Source of the DNA: Paragordius varius
Lineage: Eukaryota > Animalia > Nematomorpha
Assembly (NCBI GenBank): GCA_964247055.1
Contig: OZ176050.1
Coordinates: forward strand, 868,001 to 932,000
DNA: 64,000 nt
Reading direction: 5' to 3'
Part shown: piece after piece, positions 16,001-30,555 of the stretch
Layout: every line of letters begins with the position of its first letter
Numbering within the stretch: position 1 is the stretch's first letter
Program-made: the position numbers and the translations under genes
Notes under the pieces: generated by a model
Database searches by the model: none
Told to the model about the DNA's origin: nothing
The model's input: only the letters and a program-made list of their open reading frames with translations

Positions 16001-16400
16001 TATTTAAAAAATTTATTTTATACGATTTTAAAAATAAATGGCTACCTAAAATCCAAATTTGATCAGGTGATGTCACCATAATTTTTTTTGGGTAGCCCTA
16101 TGGTAGTTCCATCATCACCCCAAATATTTTCGAGATCGGAGTATAAATGTAATTTTTATGAATTTTTTAAATATTTAAAAAATTTATTTTATACGATTTT
16201 AAAAATAAAAATGGCTACCTATCCAAATTTGATCAGGTGATGTCACCATAATTGTTTTTGGGTAGCCCTATGATAATTCCATCATCACCCCAAATATTGT
16301 CGAGATCGGAGTATAAATGTAATTTTTTTGAATTTTTTAAATATTTAAAAAATTTATTTTATACGATTTTAAAAATAAAAATGGCTACCTAAAATCAAAA
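4100..16400 (+). repeat. Large tandem higher-order duplication (~6.1-kb unit; second copy has 3 extra monomers)
   Basis: Rare variants recur in order at offset 6104 (GCGT 4137/10241; CCTG 4440/10544). The offset then becomes 6621 (GTAATG 5841/12462; truncated monomers 6725/13346 and 9213/15834). Boundaries are approximate. Confidence 0.85.
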
Positions 16401-19400
16401 TTTGATCAGGTGATGTCGCCATAATTTTTTTTGGGTAGCCCTATGGTAGTTCCATCATCACCCCAAATATTTTGGGGATCGGACTATAAATGTAATTTTT
16501 ATGAATTTTTTAAATATTTAAAAAATTTATTTTATACGATTTTAAAAATCAAAATGGCTACCTAAAATCCAAATTTGATCAGGTGATGTCACTATAATTT
16601 TTTTGGGTAGCCCTATGGTAGTTCCATCATCACCTCAAATATTTTGGGGATCGGACTATAAATGTAATTTTTATGAATTTTTTAAATATTTAAAAAATTT
16701 ATTTTATAGGATTTTAAAAATAAAAATGGCTACCAAAAATCCAAATTTGATCAGGTGATGTCACCATAATTTTTTTAAAATTTATTTTATACGATTTTAA
16801 AAATAAAAATGGCTACCTAAAATCCAAATTTGATCAGATGATGTCACCATAATTTTTTTTGGGTAGCCCTATGGTAGTTCCATCATCACCCCAAATATTT
16901 TCGAGATCGGAGTATAAATCTAATTTTTATGAATTTTTTAAATATTTAAAAAATTTATTTTATACGATATTAAAAATAAAAATGGCTACCTAAAATCCAA
17001 ATTTGATCAGGTGATGTCACCTTAATTTTTTTTGGGTAGCCCTATGGTAATTCCATCATCACCCCAAATATTTTGGGGATCGGACTATAAATGTAATTTT
17101 TATGAATTTTTTAAATATTTAAAAAATTTATTTTATACGATTTTAAAAATAAAAATGGCTACCTAAAATCCAAATTTGATCAGGTGATGTCACTATAATT
17201 TTTTTTGGGTAGCCCTATGGTAGTTCCATCATCACCCCAAATATTTTCGAGATCGGAGTATAAATGTAATTTTTATGAATTTTTTAAATATTTAAAAAAT
17301 TTATTTTATACGATTTTAAAATAAAAATGGCTACCTAAAATCCAAATTTGATCAGGTGATGTCACCATAATTTTTTTTGGGTAGCCCTATGGTAGTTCCA
17401 TCATCACCCCAAATATTGTCGAGATCGGAGTATAAATGTAATTTTTTTGAATTTTTTAAATATTTAAAAAATTTATTTTATACGATTTTAAAAATAAAAA
17501 TGGCTACCTAAAATCCAAATTTGATCAGGTGATGTCGCCATAATTTTTTTTGCGTAGCCCTATGTAGTTTCATCATCACCCCAAATATTTTGGGGATCGG
17601 ACTATAAATGTAATTTTTATGAATTTTTAAATATTTAAAAAATTTATTTTATACGATTTTAAAAATAAAAATGGCTACCTAAAATCCAAATTTGATCAGG
17701 TGATGTCACCATAATTTTTTTTGGGTAGCCCTATGGTAGTTCCATCATCACCCCAAATATTTTCGAGATCGGAGTATAAATGTAATTTTTATGAATTTTT
17801 TAAATATTTAAAAAATTGATTTTATACGATTTTAAAAATAAAAATGGCTACCTAAAATCAAAATTTGATCAGGTGATGTCACCATATTTTTTTTGGTAGC
17901 CCTATGGTAGTTCCATCATCACCCCAAATATTTTGGGGATCGGACTATAAATGTAATTTTTATGAATTTTTTAAATATTTAAAAAATTTATTTTATACGA
18001 TTTTAAAAATAAAAATGGCTACCTAAAATCCAAATTTGATCAGGTGATGTCACTATAATTTTTTTGGGTAGCCCTATGGTAGTTGTATCATCACCTCAAA
18101 TATTTTGGGGATCGGACTATAAATGTAATTTTTATGAATTTTTTAAATATTTAAAAAATTTATTTTATACGATTTTAAAAATAAAAATGGCTACCTAAAA
18201 TCCAAATTTGATCAGGTGATGTCACCATAATTTTTTTGGGTAGCCCTATGGTAGTTCCATCATCACCCCAAATATTTTCGAGATCGGAGTATAAATGTAA
18301 TTTTTATGAATTTTTAAAATATTTAAAAAATTTATTTTATACGATTTTAAAAATAAAAATGGCTACCTAAAATCAAAATTTGATCAGGTGATGTCACCAT
18401 AATTTTTTTTGGTAGCCCTATGGTAGTTCCATCATCACCCCAAATATTTTGGGGATCGGACTATAAATGTAATTTTTATGAATTTTTTAAATATTTAAAA
18501 AATTTATTTTATACGATTTTAAAAATAAAAATGGCTACCTAAAATCCAAATTTGATCAGGTGATGTCACTATAATTTTTTTGGGTAGCCCTATGGTAGTT
18601 CCATCATCACCTCAAATATTTTGGGGATCGGACTATAAATGTAATTTTTATGAATTTTTTAAATATTTAAAAAATTTATTTTATACGATTTTAAAAATAA
18701 AAATGGCTACCTAAAATCCAAATTTGATCAGGTGATGTCACCATAATTTTTTTGGGTAGCCCTATGGTAGTTCCATCATCACCCCAAATATTTTCGAGAT
18801 CGGAGTATAAATGTAATTTTTATGAATTTTTAAAATATTTAAAAAATTTATTTTATACGATTTTAAAAATAAAAATGGCTACCTAAAATCAAAATTTGAT
18901 CAGGTGATGTCACCATAATTTTTTTTGGGTAGCCCTATGGTAGTTCCATCATCACCCCAAATATTGTCGAGATCGGAGTATAAATGTAATTTTTTTGAAT
19001 TTTTTAAATATTTAAAAAATTTATTTTATACGATTTTAAAAATAAAAATGGCTACCTACAATCCAAATTTGATCAGGTGATGTCGCCATAATTTTTTTTG
19101 CGTAGCCCTATGTAGTTTCATCATCACCCCAAATATTTTGGGGATCGGACTATAAATGTAATTTTTATGAATTTTTTAAATATTTAAAAAATTTATTTTA
19201 TACGATTTTAAAAATAAAAATGGCTACCTAAAATCCAAATTTGATCAGGTGATGTCACCATAATTTTTTTTGGGTAGCCCTATGGTAGTTCCATCATCAC
19301 CCCAAATATTTTCGAGATCGGAGTATAAATGTAATTTTTATGAATTTTTTAAATATTTAAAAAATTGATTTTATACGATTTTAAAAATAAAAATGGCTAC

Positions 19401-22339
19401 CTAAAATCAAAATTTGATCAGGTGATGTCACCATATTTTTTTGGGTAGCCCTATGGTAGTTCCATCATCACCCCAAAAAATGTCGAGATCGGAGTATAAA
19501 TGTAATTTTTTTGAATTTTTTAAATATTTAAAAAATTTATTTTATACGATTTTAAAAATAAAAATGGCTACCTAAAATCTAAATTTGATCAGGTGATGTC
19601 GCCATAATTTTTTTTGGGTAGCCCTATGGTAGTTCCATCATCACCCCAAATATTTTGGGGATCGGACTATAAATGTAATTTTTATGAATTTTTTAAATAT
19701 TTAAAAAATTTATTTTATACGATTTTAAAAATAAAAATGGCTACCTAAAATCCAAATTTGATCAGGTGATGTCTCCATAATTTTTTTTGGGTAGCCCTAT
19801 GGTAGTTCCATCATCACCCCAAATATTTTGGGGATCGGACTATAAATGTAATTTTTATGAATTTTTTAAATATTTAAAAAATTTATTTTATACGATTTTA
19901 AAAATAAAACTGGCTACCTAAAATCCAAATTTGATCAGGTGATGTCACTATAATTTTTTTGGGTAGCCCTATGGTAGTTCCATCATCACCTCAAATATTT
20001 TGGGAATCGGACTATAAATGTAATTTTTATGAATTTTTTAAATATTTAAAAAACATTATTTTATACGATTTTAAAAATAAAAATGGCTACCTAAAATCCA
20101 AATTTGATCAGGTGATGTCACCATAATTTTTTTGGGTAGCCCTATGGTAGTTCCATCATCAACCCAAATATTTTCGAGATCGGAGTATAAATGTAATTTT
20201 TATGAATTTTTAAAATATTTAAAAAATTTATTTTATACGATTTTAAAAATAAAAATGGCTACCTAAAATCCAAATTTGATCAGGTGATGCCACCATAATT
20301 TTTTTTGGGTAGCCCTATGGTAGTTCCATCATCACCCCAAATATTGTCGAGATCGGAGTATAAATGTAATTTTTTTGAATTTTTTAAATATTTAAAAAAT
20401 TTATTTTATACGATTTTAAAAATAAAAATGGCTACCTAAAATCCAAATTTGATCAGGTGATGTCACCATAATTTTTTTTGGGTAGCCCTATGGTAGTTCC
20501 ATCATCACCCCAAATATTTTCAAGATCGGAGTATAAATGTAATTTTTATGAATTTTTTAAATATTTAAAAAATTGATTTTATACGATTTTAAAAATAAAA
20601 ATGGCTACCTAAAATCAAAATTTGATCAGGTGATGTCACCATATTTTTTTGGGTAGCCTTATGGTAGTTCCATCATCACCCCAAATATTGTCGAGATCGG
20701 AGTATAAATGTAATTTTTTTGAATTTTTTAAATATTTAAAAAATTTATTTTATACGATTTTAAAAATAAAAATGGCTACCTAAAATCTAAATTTGATCAG
20801 GTGATGTTGCCATAATTTTTTTTGGGTAGCCCTATGGTAGTTCCATCATCACCCCAAATATTTTGGGGATCGGACTATAAATGTAATTTTTATGAATTTT
20901 TTAAATATTTAAAAAATTTATTTTATACGATTTTAAAAATAAAAATGGCTACCTAAAATCTAAATTTGATCAGGTGATGTCGCCATAATTTTTTTTGGGT
21001 AGCCCTATGGTAGTTCCATCATCACCCCAAATATTTTGGGGATCGGACTATAAATGTAATTTTTATGAATTTTTTAAATATTTAAAAAATTTATTTTATA
21101 CGATTTTAAAAATAAAAATGGCTACCTAAAATCCAAATTTGATCAGGTGATGTCACTATATTTTTTTTGGGTAGCCCTATGGTAGTTCCATCATCACCTC
21201 AAATATTTTGGGGATCGGACTATAAATGTAATTTTTATGAATTTTTTAAATATTTAAAAAATTTATTTTATACGATTTTAAAAATAAAAATGGCTACCTA
21301 AAATCCAAATTTGATCAGGTGATGTCACCATAATTTTTTTGGGTAGCCCTATGGTAGTTCCATCATCACCCCAAATATTTTCGAGATCGGAGTATAAATG
21401 TAATTTTTATGAATTTTTAAAATATTTAAAAAATTTATTTTATACGATTTTAAAAATAAAAATGGCTACCTAAAATCCAAATTTGATCAGGTGATGTCAC
21501 CATATTTTTTTTTGGGTAGCCCTATGGTAGTTCCATCATCACCCCAAATATTGTCGAGATCGGAGTATAAATGTAATTTTTTTGAATTTTTTAAATATTT
21601 AAAAAATTTATTTTATACGATTTTAATAATAAAAATGGCTACCTAAAATCCAAATTTGATCAGGTGATGTCACCATAATTTTTTTTGGGTAGCCCTATGG
21701 TAGTTCCATCATCACCCCAAATATTTTCAAGATCGGAGTATAAATGTAATTTTTATGAATTTTTTAAATATTTAAAAAATTGATTTTATACGATTTTAAA
21801 AATAAAAATGGCTACCTAAAATCAAAATTTGATCAGGTGATGTCACCATATTTTTTTGGGTAGCCCTATGGTAGTTCCATCATCACCCCAAATATTGTCG
21901 AGATCGGAGTATAAATGTAATTTTTATGAATTTTTAAAATATTTAAAAAATTTATTTTATACGATTTTAAAAATAAAAATGGCTACCTAAAATCCAAATT
22001 TGATCAGGTGATGTCACTATAATTTTTTTGGGTAGCCCTATGGTAGTTCCATCATCACCTCAAATATTTTGGGGATCGGACTATAAATGTAATTTTTATG
22101 AATTTTTTAAATATTTAAAAAATTTATTTTATACGATTTTAAAAATAAAAATGGCTACCTAAAATCAAAATTTGATCAGGTGATATCGCCATAATTTTTT
22201 TTGGGTAGCCCTATGGTAGTTCCATCATCACCCCAAATATTTTGGGGATCGGACTATAAATGTAATTTTTATGAATTTTTTAAATATTTAAAAAATTTAT
22301 TTTATACGATTTTAAAAATAAAAATGGCTACCTAAAATC

Positions 22340-25300
22340 CAAATTTGATCAGGTGATGTCTCCATAATTTTTTTTGGGTAGCCCTATGGTAGTTCCATCA
22401 TCACCCCAAATATTTTCGAGATCGGAGTATAAATGTAATTTTTATGAATTTTTTAAATATTTAAAAAATTTATTTTATACGATTTTAAAAATAAAAATGG
22501 CTACCTAAAATCCAAATTTGATCAGGTGATGTCGCCATAATTTTTTTTGGGTAGCCCTAGAGTAGTTCCATCATCACCCCAAATATTTTTGAGATCGGAG
22601 TATAAATGTAATTTTTATGAATTTTTTAAATATTTAAAAAATTTATTTTATACGATTTTAAAAATAAAAATGGCTACCTAAAATCCAAATTTGATCAGGT
22701 GATGTCACCATAATTTTTTTTGGGTAGCCCTATGGTAGTTCCATCATCACCCCAAATATTGTCGAGATCGGAGTATAAATGTAATTTTTATGAATTTTTT
22801 AAATATTTAAAAAATTTATTTTATACGATTCTAAAAATAAAAATGGCTACCTAAATCCAAATTTGATCAGGTGATGTCACCATAATTTTTTTTGGGTAGC
22901 CCTATGGTAGTTCCATCATCACCCCAAATATTTTCGAGATCGGAGTATAAATGTAATTTTTATGAATTTTTTAAATATTTAAAAAATTGATTTTATACGA
23001 TTTTAAAAATAAAAATGGCTACCTAAAATCCAAATTTGATCAGGTGATGTCACCATATTTTTTTTTGGGTAGCCCTATGGTAGTTCCATCATGACCCCAA
23101 ATATTGTCGAGATCGGAGTATAAATGTAATTTTTTTGAATTTTTTAAATATTTAAAAAATTTATTTTATACGATTTTAAAAATAAAAATGGCTACCTAAA
23201 ATCCAAATTTGATCAGGTGATGTCACCATAATTTTTTTTGGGTAGCCCTATGGTAGTTCCATCATCACCCCAAATATTTTCGAGATCGGAGTATAAATGT
23301 AATTTTTATGAATTTTTTAAAAATTTAAAAAATTGATTTTATACGATTTTAAAAATAAAAATGGCTACCTAAAATCCAAATTTGATCAGGTGATGTCACC
23401 ATATTTTTTTTTGGGTAGCCCTATGGTAGTTCCATCATCACCCCAAATATTGTCGAGATCGGAGTATAAATGTAATTTTTATGAATTTTTTAAATATTTA
23501 AAAAATTTATTTTATACGATTTTAAAAATAAAAATGGCTACTTAAAATCCAAATTTGATCAGGTGATGTCACTATAATTTTATTTGGGTAGCCCTATGGT
23601 AGTTCCATCATCACCCCAAATATTTTCGAGATCGGAGTATAAATGTAATTTTTATGAATTTTTTAAATATTTAAAAAATTTATTTTATACGATTTTAAAA
23701 TAAAAATGGCTACCTAAAATCCAAATTTGATCAGGTGATGTCACCATAATTTTTTTTGGGTAGCCCTATGGTAGTTCCATCATCACCCCAAATATTGTCG
23801 AGATCGGAGTATAAATGTAATTTTTTTGAATTTTTTAAATATTTAAAAAATTTATTTTATACGATTTTAAAAATAAAAATGGCTACCTAAAATCCAAATT
23901 TGATCAGGTGATGTCACCATAATTTTTTTTGGGTAGCCCTATGGTAGTTCCATCATCACCCCAAATATTTTCGAGATCGGAGTATAAATGTAATTTTTAT
24001 GAATTTTTTAAATATTTAAAAAATTTATTTTATACGATTTTAAAAATAAAAATGGCTACCTAAAATCCAAATTTGATCAGGTGATGTCTCCATAATTTTT
24101 TTTGGGTAGCCCTATGGTAGTTCCATCATCACCCCAAATATTTTCGAGATCGGAGTATAAATGTAATTTTTATGAATTTTTTAAATATTTAAAAAATTTA
24201 TTTTATACGATTTTAAAAATAAAAATGGCTACCTAAAATCCAAATTTGATCAGGTGATGTCGCCATAATTTTTTTTGGGTAGCCCTAGAGTAGTTCCATC
24301 ATCACCCCAAATATTTTTGAGATCGGAGTATAAATGTAATTTTTATGAATTTTTTAAATATTTAAAAAATTTATTTTATACGATTTTAAAAATAAAAATG
24401 GCTACCTAAAATCCAAATTTGATCAGGTGATGTCACCATAATTTTTTTTGGGTAGCCCTATGGTAGTTCCATCATCACCCCAAATATTGTCGAGATCGGA
24501 GTATAAATGTAATTTTTATGAATTTTTTAAATATTTAAAAAATTTATTTTATACGATTCTAAAAATAAAAATGGCTACCTAAATCCAAATTTGATCAGGT
24601 GATGTCACCATAATTTTTTTTGGGTAGCCCTATGGTAGTTCCATCATCACCCCAAATATTTTCGAGATCGGAGTATAAATGTAATTTTTATGAATTTTTT
24701 AAATATTTAAAAAATTGATTTTATACGATTTTAAAAATAAAAATGGCTACCTAAAATCCAAATTTGATCAGGTGATGTCACCATATTTTTTTTTGGGTAG
24801 CCCTATGGTAGTTCCATCATGACCCCAAATATTGTCGAGATCGGAGTATAAATGTAATTTTTTGAATTTTTTAAATATTTAAAAAATTTATTTTATACGA
24901 TTTTAAAAATAAAAATGGCTACCTAAAATCCAAATTTGATCAGGTGATGTCACCATAATTTTTTTTGGGTAGCCCTATGGTAGTTCCATCATCACCCCAA
25001 ATATTTTCGAGATCGGAGTATAAATGTAATTTTTATGAATTTTTTAAAAATTTAAAAAATTGATTTTATACGATTTTAAAAATAAAAATGGCTACCTAAA
25101 ATCCAAATTTGATCAGGTGATGTCACCATATTTTTTTTTGGGTAGCCCTATGGTAGTTCCATCATCACCCCAAATATTGTCGAGATCGGAGTATAAATGT
25201 AATTTTTATGAATTTTTTAAATATTTAAAAAATTTATTTTATACGATTTTAAAAATAAAAATGGCTACTTAAAATCCAAATTTGATCAGGTGATGTCTCC
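22340..25300 (+). repeat. 10-monomer-offset duplication (1727-1728 bp)
   Basis: CCCTAGAG at 22555/24283, GTCTCC at ~22359/24087 and CTACTT at ~23538/25265. Identical spurious 70-aa ORFs sit at 23333 and 25060. Confidence 0.85.
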
Positions 25301-28300
25301 ATAATTTTTTTTGGGTAGCCCTATGGTAGTTCCATCATCACCCCAAATATTTTCGAGATCGGAGTATAAATGTAATTTTTATGAATTTTTTAAATATTTA
25401 AAAAATTTATTTTATACGATTTTAAAAATAAAAATGGCTACCTAAAATCCAAATTTAATCAGGTGATGTCACCATAATTTTTTTTGGGTAGCCCTATGGT
25501 AATTCCATCATCACCCCAAATATTGTCGAGATCGGAGTATAAATGTAATTTTTATGAATTTTTTAAATATTTAAAAAATTTATTTTATACGATTTTAAAA
25601 ATAAAAATGGCTACCTAAAATCCAAATTTGATCAGGTGATGTCACTATAATTTTTATGGGTAGCCCTATGTTAGTTCCATCATCACCCCAAATATTTTGG
25701 GGATCGGAGTATAAATGTAATTTTTATGAATTTTTTAAATATTTAAAAAATTTATTTTATACGATTTTAAAAATAAAAATGGCTACCTAAAATCCAAATT
25801 TGATCAGGTGATGTCGCCTTAATTTTTTTTGGGTAGCCCTATTCCATCATCACCCCAAATATTTTGGGGATCGGACTATAAATGTAATTTTTATGAATTT
25901 TTTAAATATTTAAAAAATTTATTTTATACGATTTTAAAAATAAAAATGGCTACCTAAAATCCAAATTTGATCAGGTGATGTCACTATAATTTTTATGGGT
26001 AGCCCTATGTTAGTTCCATCATCACCCCAAATATTTTGGGGATCGGAGTATAAATGTAATTTTATGAATTTTTTAAATATTTAAAAAATTTATTTTATAC
26101 GATTTTAAAAATAAAAATGGCTACCTAAAATCCAAATTTGATCAGGTGATGTCACCATGATTTTTTTTGGGTAGCCCTATGGTAGTTCCATCATCACCCC
26201 AAATATTTTCGAGATCGGAATATAAATGTAATTTTTATGAAGTTTTTAAATATTTAAAAAATTTATTTTATACGATTTTAAAAATAAAAATGGCTACCTA
26301 AAATCCAAATTTGATCAGGTGATGTCACCATAATTTTTTTTGGGTAGCCCTATGGTAGTTCCATCATCAGCCCAAATATTGTCGAGATCGGAGTATAAAT
26401 GTAATTTTTTTGAATTTTTTAAATATTTAAAAAATTTATTTATACGATTTTAAAAATAAAAATGGCTACCTAAAATCCAAATTTGATCAGGTGATGTCGC
26501 CATAATTTTTTTTGCGTAGTCCTATGGTAGTTCCATCATCACCCCAAATATTTTGGGGATCGGACTATAAATGTAATTTTTATGAATATTTGAAAAATTT
26601 ATTTTATACGATTTTAAAAATAAAAATGGCTACCTAAAATCCAAATTTGATCAGGTGATGTCACCATAATTTTTTTTGGGTAGCCCAATGGTAGTTCCAT
26701 CATCACCCCAAATATTGTCGAGATCGGAGTATAAATGTAAGTTTTTTGAATTTTTTAAATATTTAAAAAATTTATTTTATACGATTTTAAAAATAAAAAT
26801 GGCTACCTAAAATCCAAATTTGATCAGGTGATGTCACCATAATTTTTTTTGCGTAGCCCTATGGTAGTTCCATCATCACCCCAAATATTTTGGGGATCGG
26901 ACTATAAATGTAATTTTTATGAATTTTTTAAATATTTAAAAAATTTATTTTATACGATTTTAAAAATAAAAATGGCTACCTAAAATCCAAATTTGATCAG
27001 GTGATGTCACCATAATTTTTTTTGGGTAGCCCTATGGTAGTTCCATCATCACCCCAAATATTTTCGAGATCGGAATATAAATGTAATTTTTATGAAGTTT
27101 TTAAATATTTAAAAAATTTATTTTATACGATTTTAAAAATAAAAATGGCTACCTAAAATCCAAATTTGATCAGGTGATGTCGCCATAATTTTTTTTGGGT
27201 AGCCCTATGGTAGTTCCATCCTCACCCCAAATATTTTCGAGATCGGAGTATAAATGTAATTTTTTTGAATTTTTTAAATATTTAAAAAATTTATTTTATA
27301 CGATTTTAAAAATGAAAATGGCTACCTAAAATCCAAATTTGATCAGGTGTCACCATAATTTTTTTTGCGTAGCCCTATGGTAGTTCCATCATCACCCCAA
27401 ATATTTTGGGGATCGGACTATAAATGTAATTTTATGAATTTTTTAAATATATAAAAAATTTATTTTATACGATTTTAAAAATAAAAATGGCTACCTAAAA
27501 TCCAAATTTGATCAGGTGATGTCACCATAATTTTTTTTGGGTAGCCCTATGGTAGTTCCATCATCACCCCAAATATTTTCGAGATCGGAATATAAATGTA
27601 ATTTTTATGAGGTTTTTAAATATTTAAAAAATTTATTCTATACGATTTTAAAAATAAAAATGGCTACCTAAAATCCAAATTTGATCAGGTGTCACCATAA
27701 TTTTTTTTGCGTAGCCCTATGGTAGTTCCATCATCACCCCAAATATTGTCGAGATCGGAGTATAAATGTAAGTTTTTTGAATTTTTTAAATATTTAAAAA
27801 ATTTATTTTATACGATTTTAAAAATAAAAATGGCTACCTAAAATCCAAATTTGATCAGGTGATGTCACCATAATTTTTTTTGCGTAGCCCTATGGTAGTT
27901 CCATCATCACCCCAAATATTTTGGGGATCGGACTATAAATGTAATTTTTATGAATTTTTTAAATATTTAAAAAATTTATTTTATACGATTTTAAAAATAA
28001 AAATGGCTACCTAAAATCCAAATTTGATCAGGTGATGTCACCATAATTTTTTTTGGGTAGCCCTATGGTAGTTCCATCATCACCCCAAATATTGTCGAGA
28101 TCGGAGTATAAATGTAATTTTTTTGAATTTTTTAAATATTTAAAAAATTTATTTATACGATTTTAAAAATAAAAATGGCTACCTAAAATCCAAATTTGAT
28201 CAGGTGATGTCGCCATAATTTTTTTTGCGTAGTCCTATGGTAGTTCCATCATCACCCCAAATATTTTGGGGATCGGACTATAAATGTAATTTTTATGAAT

Positions 28301-29810
28301 ATTTAAAAAATTTATTTTATACGATTTTAAAAATAAAAATGGCTACCTAAAATCCAAATTTGATCAGGTGTCACCATAATTTTTTTTGCGTAGCCCTATG
28401 GTAGTTCCATCATCACCCCAAATATTGTCGAGATCGGAGTATAAATGTAAGTTTTTTGAATTTTTTAAATATTTAAAAAATTTATTTTATACGATTTTAA
28501 AAATAAAAATGGCTACCTAAAATCCAAATTTGATCAGGTGATGTCACCATAATTTTTTTTGCGTAGCCCTATGGTAGTTCCATCATCACCCCAAATATTT
28601 TGGGGATCGGACTATAAATGTAATTTTTATGAATTTTTTAAATATTTAAAAAATTTATTTTATACGATTTTAAAAATAAAAATGGCTACCTAAAATCCAA
28701 ATTTGATCAGGTGATGTCACCATAATTTTTTTTGGGTAGCCCTATGGTAGTTCCATCATCACCCCAAATATTGTCGAGATCGGAGTATAAATGTAATTTT
28801 TTTGAATTTTTTAAATATTTAAAAAATTTATTTATACGATTTTAAAAATAAAAATGGCTACCTAAAATCCAAATTTGATCAGGTGATGTCGCCATAATTT
28901 TTTTTGCGTAGTCCTATGGTAGTTCCATCATCACCCCAAATATTTTGGGGATCGGACTATAAATGTAATTTTTATGAATATTTAAAAAATTTATTTTATA
29001 CGATTTTAAAAATAAAAATGGCTACCTAAAATCCAAATTTGATCAGGTGATGTCACCATAATTTTTTTTGGGTAGCCCAATGGTAGTTCCATCATCACCC
29101 CAAATATTGTCGAGATCGGAGTATAAATGTAAGTTTTTTGAATTTTTTAAATATTTAAAAAAATTATTTTATACGATTTTAAAAATAAAAATGGCTACCT
29201 AAAATCCAAATTTGATCAGGTGTCACCATAATTTTTTTTGCGTAGCCCTATGGTAGTTCCATCATCACCCCAAATATTTTGGGGATCGGACTATAAATGT
29301 AATTTTATGAATTTTTTAAATATTTAAAAAATTTATTTTATACGATTTTAAAAATAAAAATGGCTACCTAAAATCCAAATTTGATCAGGTGATGTCACCA
29401 TAATTTTTTTTGGGTAGCCCTATGGTAGTTCCATCATCACCCCAAATATTTTCGAGTTCGGAATATAAATGTAATTTTTATGAAGTTTTTAAATATTTAA
29501 AAAATTTATTTTATACGATTTTAAAAATAAAAATGGCTACCTAAAATCCAAATTTGATCAGGTGATGTCACCATAATTTTTTTTGGGTAGCCCTATGGTA
29601 GTTCCATCATCACCCCAAATATTGTCGAGATCGGAGTATAAATGTAATTTTTTTGAATTTTTTAAATATTTAAAAAATTTATTTATACGATTTTAAAAAT
29701 AAAAATGGCTACCTAAAATCCAAATTTGATCAGGTGATGTCGCCATAATTTTTTTTGCGTAGTCCTATGGTAGTTCCATCATCACCCCAAATATTTTGGG
29801 GATCGGACTA

Positions 29811-29813
29811 TAA
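29811..29813 (+). other. Target-site duplication TAA (left copy)
   Basis: Uninterrupted monomers read GGACTA-TAA-ATGTAA. Here the sequence reads GGACTA-TAA-[element]-TAA-ATGTAA. Confidence 0.92.
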
Positions 29814-30549
29814 CACTGTGCAACAAAATATGGGGTCAATTTTCTGGACTCGATTTTCTAAATATTTTCTAATTCCTTATAGTATTTTGATCAGATTTGC
29901 GTAAAAAATTTTTTTACTTACCCAGCTCGTTTTCGAGATATGGGACTTTTTCCATATTTGGACATATCCAAAATTTTCTTGTTTGTAAATATTTTTCGCT
30001 ATGTAAACAAATAATATGTGGCTTACATAAGTGTTTTTACAAGAAATTACCAATTTATCTTTAAAATAAAAAAAAAATTTACTCAAAATATCCAATACAT
30101 TTTGTTTTAGGGGGCAAAAACCCTCAAAAATTGGGTAACTTAACATTTTTTTACACAAATATTTTTTATCAATTTATTAAATCAAAACAAACTTTATTAT
30201 ATGTTCTTGGATGTTAATAATGTTTGTTTAAGTATAAATATCACTTTGTAATAGCTTTGTGGACTTTAATTTTTAAAAATAAATTTAATTTTTACAGCTT
30301 TTTAGCTGTTTTTTTTATGTAAAAAATAATTTATTTTACTCAGCTGTAAATACTAATTTCATTTTTTCATCTGAAATTTTTAAATATTTACCATATATGA
30401 TGTGTTCAACAATACTATTATGCCTTAAAATATAATCCTAACCAAGTAATTGTTTATTTTAAAATTTAGGATGACTGATGGGTTGTTATGTTTAAATTGA
30501 CCTTATATTAGTTAGCTTATGAAAATATAATATTCTTCTCTCTTACCTT
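29814..30549 (+). repeat. Left inverted arm of the transposon (terminal heptamer, asymmetric spacer, long arm)
   Basis: 29840-30397 is the reverse complement of 32419-32976 with about 7 substitutions counted by eye (~99%). 30398-30549 continues to align to 32230-32369 at clearly lower identity, with indels. Confidence 0.95.
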
Positions 30550-30555
30550 TGGCCG

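Larger units (their letters stand above)
1..29813 (+). repeat. Tandem satellite DNA array, 173-bp monomer (left block, ~170 monomers)
   Basis: Consensus GGGTAGCCCTATGGTAGTTCCATCATCACCCCAAATATTTTCGAGATCGGAGTATAAATGTAATTTTTATGAATTTTTTAAATATTTAAAAAATTTATTTTATACGATTTTAAAAATAAAAATGGCTACCTAAAATCCAAATTTGATCAGGTGATGTCACCATAATTTTTTTT recurs head-to-tail (e.g. starts at 1 and 174). 45/173 positions are G+C, and monomers differ by a few substitutions or small indels. The array runs off the left edge of the window. Confidence 0.99.

Noticed and set aside
23333-25272. Two identical 70-aa ORFs (23333-23545 and 25060-25272)
   Set aside because: They are translations of satellite monomers opened by rare point variants, with a TTG start, and duplicated with the 10-monomer unit. 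No domain resemblance.
29821-29830. CAACAAAATA resembling the RSS nonamer ACAAAAACC
   Set aside because: It abuts the heptamer rather than lying 12 or 23 nt away, occurs at only one end, and A-rich matches are expected by chance.
29885-30390. Short matches between transposon arms and satellite (TTTGATCAG, TTTTCGAGAT, TTTTTAAATATTTA) suggesting the satellite derives from this element
   Set aside because: The matches are 9-14 bp, AT-rich and not collinear with the monomer, which is insufficient without a statistical alignment.
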